Origin: a virus
IMG/VR virus record: IMGVR_UViG_3300022902_000008
Length of the DNA stretch: 64,000 nucleotides
Reading direction: 5' to 3' (one strand)
This document shows positions 18,062-26,384 of this stretch, in pieces. The translations under genes were made by a program, and so were the position numbers. The notes beneath the pieces were generated by a model. It had not been told where the DNA came from. It made no database searches and was given only the letters and a program-made list of their open reading frames with translations. Within the stretch, counting starts at the first letter, position 1. Every line of letters begins with the position of its first letter.

Positions 18062-19141
18062 GTGAACTTATTAGAAAAATATATTAGATTATTATTGATT
18101 GAGGGAAGGTTAGAAGATGTTATAAAGAAATATTCTAATTATCATACTGTTCCCTCAATAAAGCTTTTGGCACAAAAAGATCCTTCTGGAAATAACAAAT
18201 ATTTAATGTGGATGATGGACCAATATGATAAAAACAATAATGATTATGAGTTAATAATTGATCTAGTTAACAAATTTTATAAAAATCAACAAAGGTTGAA
18301 GGGTGACAAGAGGGATTTATATAAATATAACAGCTTAAGTGATCTTGAAAGTGAATTAAGTAAAGTTCCAGATAAATCAAAGAGACAGCAAAAAAAGGCC
18401 GTAAAGAGGGAAGGTGCAGATATCGTATTTGAGAATGATGAAGTTGTGGTATTAATTCCGAAGACTCATGAGGCCAGTTGTTATTATGGAAGTAATACCA
18501 AATGGTGTACAGCATCAAAAGATGATTCGAGTTACTTTGATGATTATTTGGAAGAAGTCACATTATATTACATATTACCGAAGGATGGTGGGGAGAAGGT
18601 TGCAGTTGCAGTTGATGAGCATAATAACAAAGAGATATTTGATTCTGGGGATAATGGAGAAAGGTTAAGTTGGTTGGAAGACAAATTGCAACAATATAAC
18701 ATTTCAAGTTCGATATTTAAGTATATTCCGCTTACGGGGGTGATAAAGAGGGGCGACGGGGGAAGGCATTGGTTTCTAAATGGCAAGCGTCATCGAATTG
18801 GTGGCCCTGCAATAGTTCGGCCTAATGGTAGAAAAGAATGGTATTTAAATGGAAAGCGTCATAGAACTGATGGCCCTGCTGTTGAACGGGCTGATGGATA
18901 TAAAGCATGGCTTCTAAATGGAAAGCGCCATAGAACTGATGGCCCTGCAATAGTTCGGCCTAATGGGACAAAAGCATGGTATCTAAATGGAAAGCGTCAT
19001 CGAACCGATGGTCCTGCTGTTGAATATTCTGACGGCCATAAAGAATGGTGGTTAAATGGCATGGAATATCCAGAAGATAAATACTGGCAAAAGGTAGGTC
19101 TTGACAAGAAAGAAGAGTATTATAAGGGATTAAAAAAATGA
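18062..19141 (+). CDS. Leader-bearing family protein with 4 WYLNG repeats
   Basis: GTG start; paralogous to 14360. Confidence 0.8.
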   Translation: MNLLEKYIRLLLIEGRLEDVIKKYSNYHTVPSIKLLAQKDPSGNNKYLMWMMDQYDKNNNDYELIIDLVNKFYKNQQRLKGDKRDLYKYNSLSDLESELSKVPDKSKRQQKKAVKREGADIVFENDEVVVLIPKTHEASCYYGSNTKWCTASKDDSSYFDDYLEEVTLYYILPKDGGEKVAVAVDEHNNKEIFDSGDNGERLSWLEDKLQQYNISSSIFKYIPLTGVIKRGDGGRHWFLNGKRHRIGGPAIVRPNGRKEWYLNGKRHRTDGPAVERADGYKAWLLNGKRHRTDGPAIVRPNGTKAWYLNGKRHRTDGPAVEYSDGHKEWWLNGMEYPEDKYWQKVGLDKKEEYYKGLKK

Positions 19142-19212
19142 ACTTATTAGAAAAATATATTAGATTATTATTAATTGAATCAAGGGTTGACGATGTTAAA
19201 AAAAGATATCCT
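19007..19212 (+). repeat. 206-bp direct repeat, copy 2
   Basis: Matches 15299-15504. Confidence 0.9.
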
Positions 19213-20445
19213 AATTATGGTAGTGAAATTGAAATGATGTCTAAACAAGATCCTTCAGGCAATAACAAATATTTAATGTGGATGGCAGATCAATTTATTA
19301 AATATTCAAACAATTATGAATCAATAGTAAACATAATTAATAAGTTTCATAAGGTTAAAAATAGGTTGCCAAAAGATAAAAGAGATATTAATAAATATAA
19401 GCATTTATACCAATTGAAGGATGAGTTGTTAAAAGTTCCGGTAGGTTCTAAAAGACAGAAAAGGATAGAGATTTCCAAGGGGGCAGAAAAAATATATGAA
19501 GATGAAGAGTTTATTGTATTGAGGGTAAACACAAAAGAAGCTGCTTGTAAATACGGATCAGAAACAAAATGGTGTATTTCAGGTAAAGAAGATAATAGGT
19601 TTATAGAATATTCTAGGCGAGATAATGTATTTTTCTATATCATAAAAAAAGGTTTTTCAAAAAATGATCATGATCCATTGTATAAAATTGCAGTTGCAAC
19701 AAATAAAGATGGTGACTTTGAAATATTTGACGCATGGGACGATACCATCTCTCCAGCCAAAGTAAGTGATTATTTGGGAGAGAAAAGATATGATGTAATA
19801 AATAATAGGATGCTTAATAGTGTAACAGAAGAACCAAGCTCAAAATACAACAAAGAACTTGAAAACGGAATAAAAAATAAAGATCCAGAAATATTAAAAA
19901 CTATACAAGAAAATGACTTGGATTCAAATTCAAGTATAATATTATCACTTGTTAACAAAAAAGAACTAAGGAGAACAGTGTTTCTAAATGTTTCTTATGA
20001 TCAATTGATTGTGATGGTAAGTGAACATAATAATGCTAGTCATGATTTTACAAATGAAGACTTAATTGCAATTATAGATAAATATTATGGAAAAAACTAT
20101 AGTAAGGATAATAATGGTTGGAATTTAAGGCTTGCCTTTAAAATTGTCAATGTTTATTTGGGTAAGACTGATAGAGAAGTAGTTACTATGAGGTTAGTAA
20201 AACTTCCAATAGAACAAGTAAGAGAGAAGATCGCTTTAAGACCAAATTTGCCTGAAAATATTGCTTTAATGTTGGCTGAAGATGAGAGTAAGGATGTTAA
20301 AATGAGCTTATCATTAATGACTGGCTGGCTATCTGTATTTAAAAAGTTAATGAAAGATAAAGATGAGAAAGTGGTGCAATATGCTAAAGAAAATTTAAAT
20401 AGTTTAAATAAAAGAAGAAGTGAGATGGGATTATCAGAAATATAA
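19138..20445 (+). CDS. Leader-bearing family protein with HEAT/LRV-like C-terminus
   Basis: Leader, DPSGNNKYLMWM, AACKYGSETKWC, VREKIALRPNLPENIALMLAEDE. Confidence 0.75.
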   Translation: MNLLEKYIRLLLIESRVDDVKKRYPNYGSEIEMMSKQDPSGNNKYLMWMADQFIKYSNNYESIVNIINKFHKVKNRLPKDKRDINKYKHLYQLKDELLKVPVGSKRQKRIEISKGAEKIYEDEEFIVLRVNTKEAACKYGSETKWCISGKEDNRFIEYSRRDNVFFYIIKKGFSKNDHDPLYKIAVATNKDGDFEIFDAWDDTISPAKVSDYLGEKRYDVINNRMLNSVTEEPSSKYNKELENGIKNKDPEILKTIQENDLDSNSSIILSLVNKKELRRTVFLNVSYDQLIVMVSEHNNASHDFTNEDLIAIIDKYYGKNYSKDNNGWNLRLAFKIVNVYLGKTDREVVTMRLVKLPIEQVREKIALRPNLPENIALMLAEDESKDVKMSLSLMTGWLSVFKKLMKDKDEKVVQYAKENLNSLNKRRSEMGLSEI

Positions 20446-20454
20446 ATATTAAAA

Positions 20455-20683
20455 ATGAGCTTATTAGAAAAATATATTAGATTATTATAAAAAGAAAAGA
20501 TGCTATTTCCCAGACCTTTTAATAGAATATAATGATGGTACAAAAGAATTAATCGAAATTAAACCAAAAAGATTGCTTGACGATTTAATGGTAAAAGCAA
20601 AAGAAAAAGCAGCAAAAAAATATTGTAAGAAAAATGGATTGTTGTACTTTGTCTGGACCGAAAAAGAATTGAAAATTAAATAA
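20455..20683 (+). pseudogene. Truncated leader (MSLLEKYIRLL*) abutting out-of-frame C-terminal half of a TnsA/T4 gp4-like PD-(D/E)xK nuclease
   Basis: 20455-20490 leader remnant; +1 frame reads RCYFPDLLIEYNDGTKELIEIKP...KEKAAKKYCKKNGLLYFVWTEKEL*. Confidence 0.7.
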
Positions 20684-20804
20684 AATAATCATAATATTAA
20701 AAAAAAACAGTAAAAAGAACTTAGTAAAATATATTTAATTATGATCATGAACCACTCATGATTGATAATTGTTTTGTGGAAAATTAATACGGAGAAAAAA
20801 AATA

Positions 20805-21305
20805 ATGGCAGAAACACTTAATGTAACTGGCGATTCGGCTTCAATGTTGGCCAATAAATTTGAGCCAAAAAGGAAATTTAGATGGGTTCTGGAAATTGAT
20901 GGAATTGATGCATTCTTGCTGAAATCAGCACAAAGGCCCTCGTTCACTTTTGAGGAGACAAAAATTCAGTGGCTTAATGTGGAAAGGAAACTTTCTGGGA
21001 GGGCCACTGTTGGTGATATGAGCATTACGCTTTATGACCCTATTGCACCCTCTGGAGCACAACAAGTGATGGAATGGGTAAGGCTTAATTGGGAGGCTAT
21101 TACAGGCCGTAGCGGCTACGCAGATTTTTACAAAAGATCCTTAGTAGTCAAGATGTTAGACCCTGTTGGGACAGTCGTAGAACGATGGGACTGTAGAGGC
21201 TGCTGGATTTCTGATATCAATTTCGGAGATTTAGCGTATGACTCATCTGACCCTGCTGACATTACACTCACGGTTAAGATGGATCAGGCGATAAACCAAT
21301 TTTAG
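20805..21305 (+). CDS. Tail tube protein (gp19-like)
   Basis: FEPKRKFRW...LYDPIAPSGAQQVMEW...GYADFYK...LDPVG...FGDLAYD; ATG 20805 with GGAG RBS. Confidence 0.9.
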   Translation: MAETLNVTGDSASMLANKFEPKRKFRWVLEIDGIDAFLLKSAQRPSFTFEETKIQWLNVERKLSGRATVGDMSITLYDPIAPSGAQQVMEWVRLNWEAITGRSGYADFYKRSLVVKMLDPVGTVVERWDCRGCWISDINFGDLAYDSSDPADITLTVKMDQAINQF

Positions 21306-21355
21306 TAAGTGGTTGATTTTATTAGATTATTTGAAAATTAATTCAATTTGTATTT

Positions 21356-21408
21356 ATAAGGGACAGCAGGTAGCTCCTGTTGCATTGCCTGTACAAAGCT
21401 AACCTTAT
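21356..21408 (+). ncRNA. Candidate structured (pseudoknotted) cis RNA upstream of HNH gene
   Basis: ATAAGG/CCTTAT outer helix, CAGCAGG/CCTGTTG hairpin, loop TAGCT complementary to downstream AGCTA. Confidence 0.45.
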
Positions 21409-21443
21409 ACTTACATTCTTTTTATTTTGCAGGAGGTGTCAAC

Positions 21444-22502
21444 ATGGCTGTAGTAAAAATAATAAAAATTGTTAAAAATGGTGGAAAAGATAAGCTTGGT
21501 AGAAAAAAACCACCTAAAAGAAAAATAATATTAAGATGTGATTATTGTGACAAAGAGCGGGTTGTTGGCTTTTTAAACAAACTCATAAAAAAAAATAAAC
21601 ACTATTGTAATGCTAGTTGCTTTGCCAGAAGTAATGATAGAAAGGAGAGAAGAAAGCCACAAATTTTTATATGCCCTATTTGCAATGAAATTTTTAAATT
21701 TAAGGCTTTTTTTAAAAAACATTTAAGTGACAAGCATAATAAAGATATTAATGAAGTTAATTATGTTAATAAATATGTTGATTCAAAAAAGACAATAGAC
21801 GAACTTTATGTTGAACATATTTTAAGTGGGGAATGGTTGTTGTGTGCTTGTGGCTGTGGTGAAAAAATACCTAACCCAAGGAGGGGTCAAAAATATATTG
21901 CTGGTCATGCAATAAGGGTTCACAACAATTGGGGGCATAATCCGAGGGCGTTAATGAAAAGCCAGGAGGCTCGACGAAAAGCGATTAGGGAGGGTCGGTT
22001 TGTGCCTTGGAATAAAGGCTTGACGAAAGAGGTTGATGAGCGTATGAATGTTATAGCAAAAAAAGTTTCAAAAGCATTTACCAATGAGCGTAAAAAAGCA
22101 GCAGCAAAGAATATGCGGCAAGTTTGGGCAGATGGTAAAATAGTAATTAAATATGGAAAGGAAACTTCTCAATGGAAAGGTGGTGTTAGTTATGTAACAA
22201 GTAAGTTATATTCTTTAACGAGATTGTATTCTGTATGGAAAAAGCCCATTTTAGAAAAAGATGGTTTTGTTTGCCAGGAATGTAAAAGCACTAAAAATCT
22301 ACAAGTGCATCATGATGATATTACATTATCAGAAATAATAATGTTAATTATAAATCAATTTAAAAACTATGACCCAACTATTGATGGTGATAAAAGAAAG
22401 TTAACTGATTTAGTTATTAATTATCACCTAGAAAATAATGTGTCGGGCATTACACTATGTAAGGAATGCCACAAAAAACTTCATCCTAGTTATAATTTTT
22501 AG
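21444..22502 (+). CDS. HNH homing endonuclease with Zn fingers and NUMOD-like segment
   Basis: CDYC, CPIC..H, CACGCG, PWNKG, WKGG, CQEC...VHH...TLCKECHKKLH. Confidence 0.85.
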   Translation: MAVVKIIKIVKNGGKDKLGRKKPPKRKIILRCDYCDKERVVGFLNKLIKKNKHYCNASCFARSNDRKERRKPQIFICPICNEIFKFKAFFKKHLSDKHNKDINEVNYVNKYVDSKKTIDELYVEHILSGEWLLCACGCGEKIPNPRRGQKYIAGHAIRVHNNWGHNPRALMKSQEARRKAIREGRFVPWNKGLTKEVDERMNVIAKKVSKAFTNERKKAAAKNMRQVWADGKIVIKYGKETSQWKGGVSYVTSKLYSLTRLYSVWKKPILEKDGFVCQECKSTKNLQVHHDDITLSEIIMLIINQFKNYDPTIDGDKRKLTDLVINYHLENNVSGITLCKECHKKLHPSYNF

Positions 22503-22564
22503 TTTCCCCATTTCCCTTACCTAAGTCGATAAGTCGAACCTTCCAAAAAATAATCCAACCAAAA

Positions 22565-22595
22565 GGTTAACAAAACCTCACTCTTATGTTATAGT
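22565..22595 (+). promoter_or_regulatory. sigma70-like early promoter (GGTTAACAAA class)
   Basis: TTAACA-17 bp-TATAGT with TG extension. Confidence 0.7.
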
Positions 22596-22627
22596 CCTCT
22601 CAGGTCAATCGAAGAGAGGGCAATAAA

Positions 22628-22846
22628 ATGATCAATAAGACACCAAGTCCTTCAGATCTTACTCATGGAACAGTTGTATGGATTGAAGGTGTTGAGGGCA
22701 CTACCTACAACTATTGTGGTGTTGGTATCATTAGAGCAATTTGTGTGAAAAGGTTTTTTGGGGTAGGTGTTCCAGTTGGTTTTTTTGGAGAAGATAATTA
22801 TTGTTGGTGCTTAATTAGCGACATCAAAAAGGTAATTAAAAAATGA
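22628..22846 (+). CDS. Small GxxVW/YxG family protein
   Basis: HGTVVWIE...YCGVGII. Confidence 0.7.
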   Translation: MINKTPSPSDLTHGTVVWIEGVEGTTYNYCGVGIIRAICVKRFFGVGVPVGFFGEDNYCWCLISDIKKVIKK

Positions 22847-23091
22847 ACAATAATATCACCATATCAGATATTGAGGAAGGCTTAGCTGTGTATATAAACA
22901 AGCACAATAAACGTTTTTCCTATGTAGGGACAGCAATTGTAACTGGTTATAGTTTAGAGTGTGATGGAGTAGAATTGTTGTTACCATTTTGTGTAAGAAT
23001 TAATTCTGTTATTAGTGATGCTTTTGTATGTAATAGGTGTGTTTGGGTAAACATTAATGACATTGATATTGTAAGGGTCATCAAAAAATGA
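22843..23091 (+). CDS. Small GxxVW/YxG family protein
   Basis: EGLAVYIN...YVGTAIV; ATGA coupling. Confidence 0.65.
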   Translation: MNNNITISDIEEGLAVYINKHNKRFSYVGTAIVTGYSLECDGVELLLPFCVRINSVISDAFVCNRCVWVNINDIDIVRVIKK

Positions 23092-23381
23092 CTAATAAAA
23101 CAATAAAAGGATATATTATTTGGATTAACACGGTAAAAGACATAGACAAAATAATAAAAAAATATAACTTAGCTTATTTTATAGTTTATAGTGGTTTGAT
23201 TAATGTTAAAATTATGTTTAATGATAAAAAGTTTTATTTGTTTCGGTTTAAATCTGGTTATAAGAAACATAGTAATGGAAAGATAACAGGGGTTTCTATT
23301 GATTCTGACCATCTCATCAGTGTTGATTTATTTAACAACCTTAACAATGATGGTTATATTAAAATAATAAAAGAAATTTGA
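23088..23381 (+). CDS. Small GxxVW/YxG family protein
   Basis: KGYIIWIN...YSGLINV. Confidence 0.6.
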   Translation: MTNKTIKGYIIWINTVKDIDKIIKKYNLAYFIVYSGLINVKIMFNDKKFYLFRFKSGYKKHSNGKITGVSIDSDHLISVDLFNNLNNDGYIKIIKEI

Positions 23382-23388
23382 AAAAGAT

Positions 23389-23419
23389 GGTTAACAAATG
23401 AGGTCGGTTGTGGTATAAG
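23389..23419 (+). promoter_or_regulatory. sigma70-like early promoter (GGTTAACAAA class)
   Basis: TTAACA-17 bp-TATAAG, TGTG extension. Confidence 0.75.
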
Positions 23420-23450
23420 GGGGTTGTGTAAAAAGGAGGAGGTTGGTGAG

Positions 23451-23810
23451 ATGATGGCAACACAAACACAACAGTTACGAACGCCAAAAGATATATTTGG
23501 AGAAAGATATAAATATATTGGTAATATGTGGATTAAAAAAGGGTTTCAACTTAAGACTAGTGAGCTTACTTATGGTTATGAATATAATGGCCCCGTTAAG
23601 ATTTATTGTGGAAGACTTAATGTAACTGAAGTACCAATAATATATATTCAATTTGCGTTTAATTGTTTGAAGTATAATCATTATGGCGATTTTAACAACA
23701 TTCGTTTTAAATCTTTTTACACTAAGCATACGCTTTTTAACAACAAGCAATTTAAAGGCATGTTTCCAGAATTTTATAAACAACATGAGGACTTAATAGA
23801 TAATGTTTAA
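23451..23810 (+). CDS. Small YxG family protein
   Basis: IGNMWIK...YNGPVKI; ATG 23451 after GGAGGAGG RBS. Confidence 0.6.
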   Translation: MMATQTQQLRTPKDIFGERYKYIGNMWIKKGFQLKTSELTYGYEYNGPVKIYCGRLNVTEVPIIYIQFAFNCLKYNHYGDFNNIRFKSFYTKHTLFNNKQFKGMFPEFYKQHEDLIDNV

Positions 23811-24156
23811 AAAAGAACAACTTAGATCTGGAAAAGTACTGTTTATTAGGAAACCAATATATAGTTTGTCTAGATCTAATAGAAGTATTGTTCGTATTAA
23901 TTATATAGGCCCTGCTATTGTTGGCGTCCATTGGGGTGATTTTGTTAACTTAATATTTCCAAAAGAAGTTATACATTATGTGTTGATTCTAGAAGGTCAT
24001 GATCCAAGAATAAAACCCATTTGTTATAATAAGATTAAGTCTGTTTTTGATGAAAGCTATATAAGTGTTTCAAATCGTCAAGGTCGTAGTAGTTGTGATG
24101 GCTATATGATGGATAGAATTAATATAAGAAAGTATTTTTTAAGGGAAATTATTTGA
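23803..24156 (+). CDS. Small GxxVW/YxG family protein
   Basis: SGKVLFIR...YIGPAIV. Confidence 0.65.
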   Translation: MFKKEQLRSGKVLFIRKPIYSLSRSNRSIVRINYIGPAIVGVHWGDFVNLIFPKEVIHYVLILEGHDPRIKPICYNKIKSVFDESYISVSNRQGRSSCDGYMMDRINIRKYFLREII

Positions 24157-24165
24157 TGAATTTAA

Positions 24166-24390
24166 TTGAAGAAAATGATATCTAAAAAAGACATTCAGGC
24201 TGGCTCAATTGTATGGATTAGGGTTGGTTGTTATAATTATTATGGCTTAGCAGTTGTTGATCAATTAAGAAACCATATATATAAAAACTATATTCCTGTT
24301 AAATTATGTGGTAAAATTAATTGTGATAGTGGAGAATATTCTTATATGCATATCTTATTAAGTTCAATCAAAAAGGTTATTAAGAAATGA
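24166..24390 (+). CDS. Small GxxVW/YxG family protein
   Basis: AGSIVWIR...YYGLAVV...IKKVIKK (like 22628). Confidence 0.7.
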   Translation: MKKMISKKDIQAGSIVWIRVGCYNYYGLAVVDQLRNHIYKNYIPVKLCGKINCDSGEYSYMHILLSSIKKVIKK

Positions 24391-24725
24391 ACAATAATAA
24401 TAGCGACAAGTTTAATTGTTCATTACAGTTTGAAAAAGAGTCTAGAAAAAGTAAAAAAAGGCTTAAAAAAAGAAACTTATGGCATGACGGAAAAAGAATG
24501 AGGGCTTCAAGAAAAAATATGAATAAGTTTTATAAGGTAGGCGATATTGTATGGGTTAAATGGGATAACCATAAGATGGGCAAGAATAAAAACAATGTTG
24601 CAATAATAGAGGATGTATATTATTTCAATCCTAAATATGATTATTCAGTTCGGTTTAATAATGAATATATTTGCTGGAGAATATGTTATTGTCATATTAA
24701 AAAGTTGGTTAAAAGGAATGGTTAA
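24387..24725 (+). CDS. Small GDIVW family protein
   Basis: YKVGDIVWVKW. Confidence 0.65.
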   Translation: MNNNNSDKFNCSLQFEKESRKSKKRLKKRNLWHDGKRMRASRKNMNKFYKVGDIVWVKWDNHKMGKNKNNVAIIEDVYYFNPKYDYSVRFNNEYICWRICYCHIKKLVKRNG

Positions 24726-24728
24726 CAA

Positions 24729-24950
24729 ATGAGACAATTAAAAAAGGGTGATGTTATTTGGGTTAATCACAACAGGGGTAATTCTACTCCATATTGTGGC
24801 CCAGCAGTTATTTTTTCTGGTCAGGGCCTTAATAGAGATGGTTGGGCTATATATGTTATTCTACCAAAAAAGGTTGTATTTAAAATGACAAATTTCAGTA
24901 CAAATAAAATAAATGTTTACAAGGGTGGCTTTTGTTTAATTGAGGGTTAA
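24729..24950 (+). CDS. Small GxxVW/YxG family protein
   Basis: KGDVIWVN...YCGPAVI. Confidence 0.7.
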   Translation: MRQLKKGDVIWVNHNRGNSTPYCGPAVIFSGQGLNRDGWAIYVILPKKVVFKMTNFSTNKINVYKGGFCLIEG

Positions 24951-24980
24951 CAAATGAACCTTGTTGTGGTATATTGTTGT
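24945..24980 (+). promoter_or_regulatory. sigma70-like early promoter; 36-bp exact repeat of 46145-46180
   Basis: TTAACA-17 bp-TATATT, TGTG extension. Confidence 0.8.
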
Positions 24981-24998
24981 TATTGAAAGGGAGGTTTC

Positions 24999-25430
24999 AT
25001 GAGCAATAAACCAACAATGAAAAGATATTCTGATGGATCAATAGAGTGGCTTTTAAATGGATTGTATCATCGAACTGATGGGCCTGCTTGTGAATATTCT
25101 AATGGAACAAAAATATGGTATCTAAATGGAGAACGTCATCGTGAAAATGGTCCTGCATATGATTGTCTTGATGGAACAAAACATTGGTATTTAAATGGAA
25201 AGTATCACCGAGTTGACGCTCCTGCAATCGAACGGCCTGATGGAACAAAAGAATGGTGTTTGAGCGGAAGGTTTTATAATCATATCAAAGGAAAGCTACA
25301 CAACAATAACTTCTTAACATCAGATCAATACATAGGCCCAGTAATAATAGCAGGAGGAAAAAATAAAATAAAGTTTATGAAGACAATAGATGACAGATAT
25401 TTGGTAATTGAAACAAACAAGGCGGATTAA
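24999..25430 (+). CDS. 3 WYLNG repeats fused to YxG-family domain
   Basis: WxLNGxxHRxxGPA x3 then YIGPVII; paralogue of 46200. Confidence 0.75.
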   Translation: MSNKPTMKRYSDGSIEWLLNGLYHRTDGPACEYSNGTKIWYLNGERHRENGPAYDCLDGTKHWYLNGKYHRVDAPAIERPDGTKEWCLSGRFYNHIKGKLHNNNFLTSDQYIGPVIIAGGKNKIKFMKTIDDRYLVIETNKAD

Positions 25431-25692
25431 TATTATGATTAACAACAAAAAAGAAAAATATGAATCTTATTATATTGGAAAGGTTATATTTGCCAAACCT
25501 AAACAAAATAGAACATATAAATATAATTATTATGGTCCTTATATTATTGAAGGTGGAACAACAAATGGTTTCCACTGTATAGCGCCTAAAGTAGTTGGGT
25601 TTATAAGATCAAACGGTACGCCTGCTTTTAAATCAAAGTATGTAGAGGTTTATTTTGAAGAAATTATTAACTCTAAGGAGGTGTTAGCATGA
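25408..25692 (+). CDS. Small YxG family protein
   Basis: IGKVIFAK...YYGPYII. Confidence 0.6.
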   Translation: MKQTRRINIMINNKKEKYESYYIGKVIFAKPKQNRTYKYNYYGPYIIEGGTTNGFHCIAPKVVGFIRSNGTPAFKSKYVEVYFEEIINSKEVLA

Positions 25693-25925
25693 CCTTTCAA
25701 GAAAAGTGGGCAATATGTTCAGACGATGTTCGAGATTGGATGTTAGATAATCTTGATGACTTAATAACAGAGAAGTCTTGTTTGCTTCATAATAACAAGT
25801 GGCTTAAATATAAATATTATTCAGGCCCAATAAGGATGTTGGAACATAAAAAAAATATTGGTATTGTTGTTGTGGAAGGGATCGATAAGCAAGTTTTTGG
25901 TATAACTGAGGATTGCTTTGAGTGA
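25689..25925 (+). CDS. Small YxG family protein
   Basis: YSGPIRM; GGAGG RBS. Confidence 0.6.
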   Translation: MTFQEKWAICSDDVRDWMLDNLDDLITEKSCLLHNNKWLKYKYYSGPIRMLEHKKNIGIVVVEGIDKQVFGITEDCFE

Positions 25926-26384
25926 GTATGAAGTCGTATATGACGTTATGTTCCCCAACGAGATAAGTAAATATAGGGTTGCTAATGATATAAGAATAGT
26001 TGACTTTACTGTTAAGGGTGAGTGGATAAGGGGGGTAGTTGGATGAAGCATTATTGTGGAAGCATATGGTTTGATGGATATAAAAACAAAATAATTGAAC
26101 AAGTTGGTCATAGCAATTATATTTTGTATGTTGATTATTGTGGAATTATTAAGATTTATCATAGAAAACAAAAGGCAAGTACGCCAGGGGGCTTTTTTCT
26201 TTCCTTTCCTCATAAAGTTAATTTGAGGTCAATTAATAAAGAATATTTAAATTCTGAAAAGGCTCTCACACAATGGTTTAAACAGACTACAGAGATCTAT
26301 CATGTGAGTGAAAATAACTTTAGGTTAAACTTCCCTAATTTAAATTTTGATTTAATGGTGAGTAGAATGTTGTATAATTGTTAA
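25918..26384 (+). pseudogene. YxG family gene split by a frameshift in a G6 run
   Basis: ORF 25918-26046 and ORF 26022-26384 join by -1 at G6 (26030-26035) to give KGEWIRGGSWMKHYCGSIW. Confidence 0.5.

Noticed and set aside
12781-19141. Diversity-generating retroelement acting on the WYLNG-repeat genes (conserved 3' ends look IMH-like)
   Set aside because: No reverse transcriptase or non-coding template repeat in the window. Differences between copies include C/T and synonymous changes and look like block mosaicism, not adenine-specific mutagenesis. A remote RT cannot be excluded.
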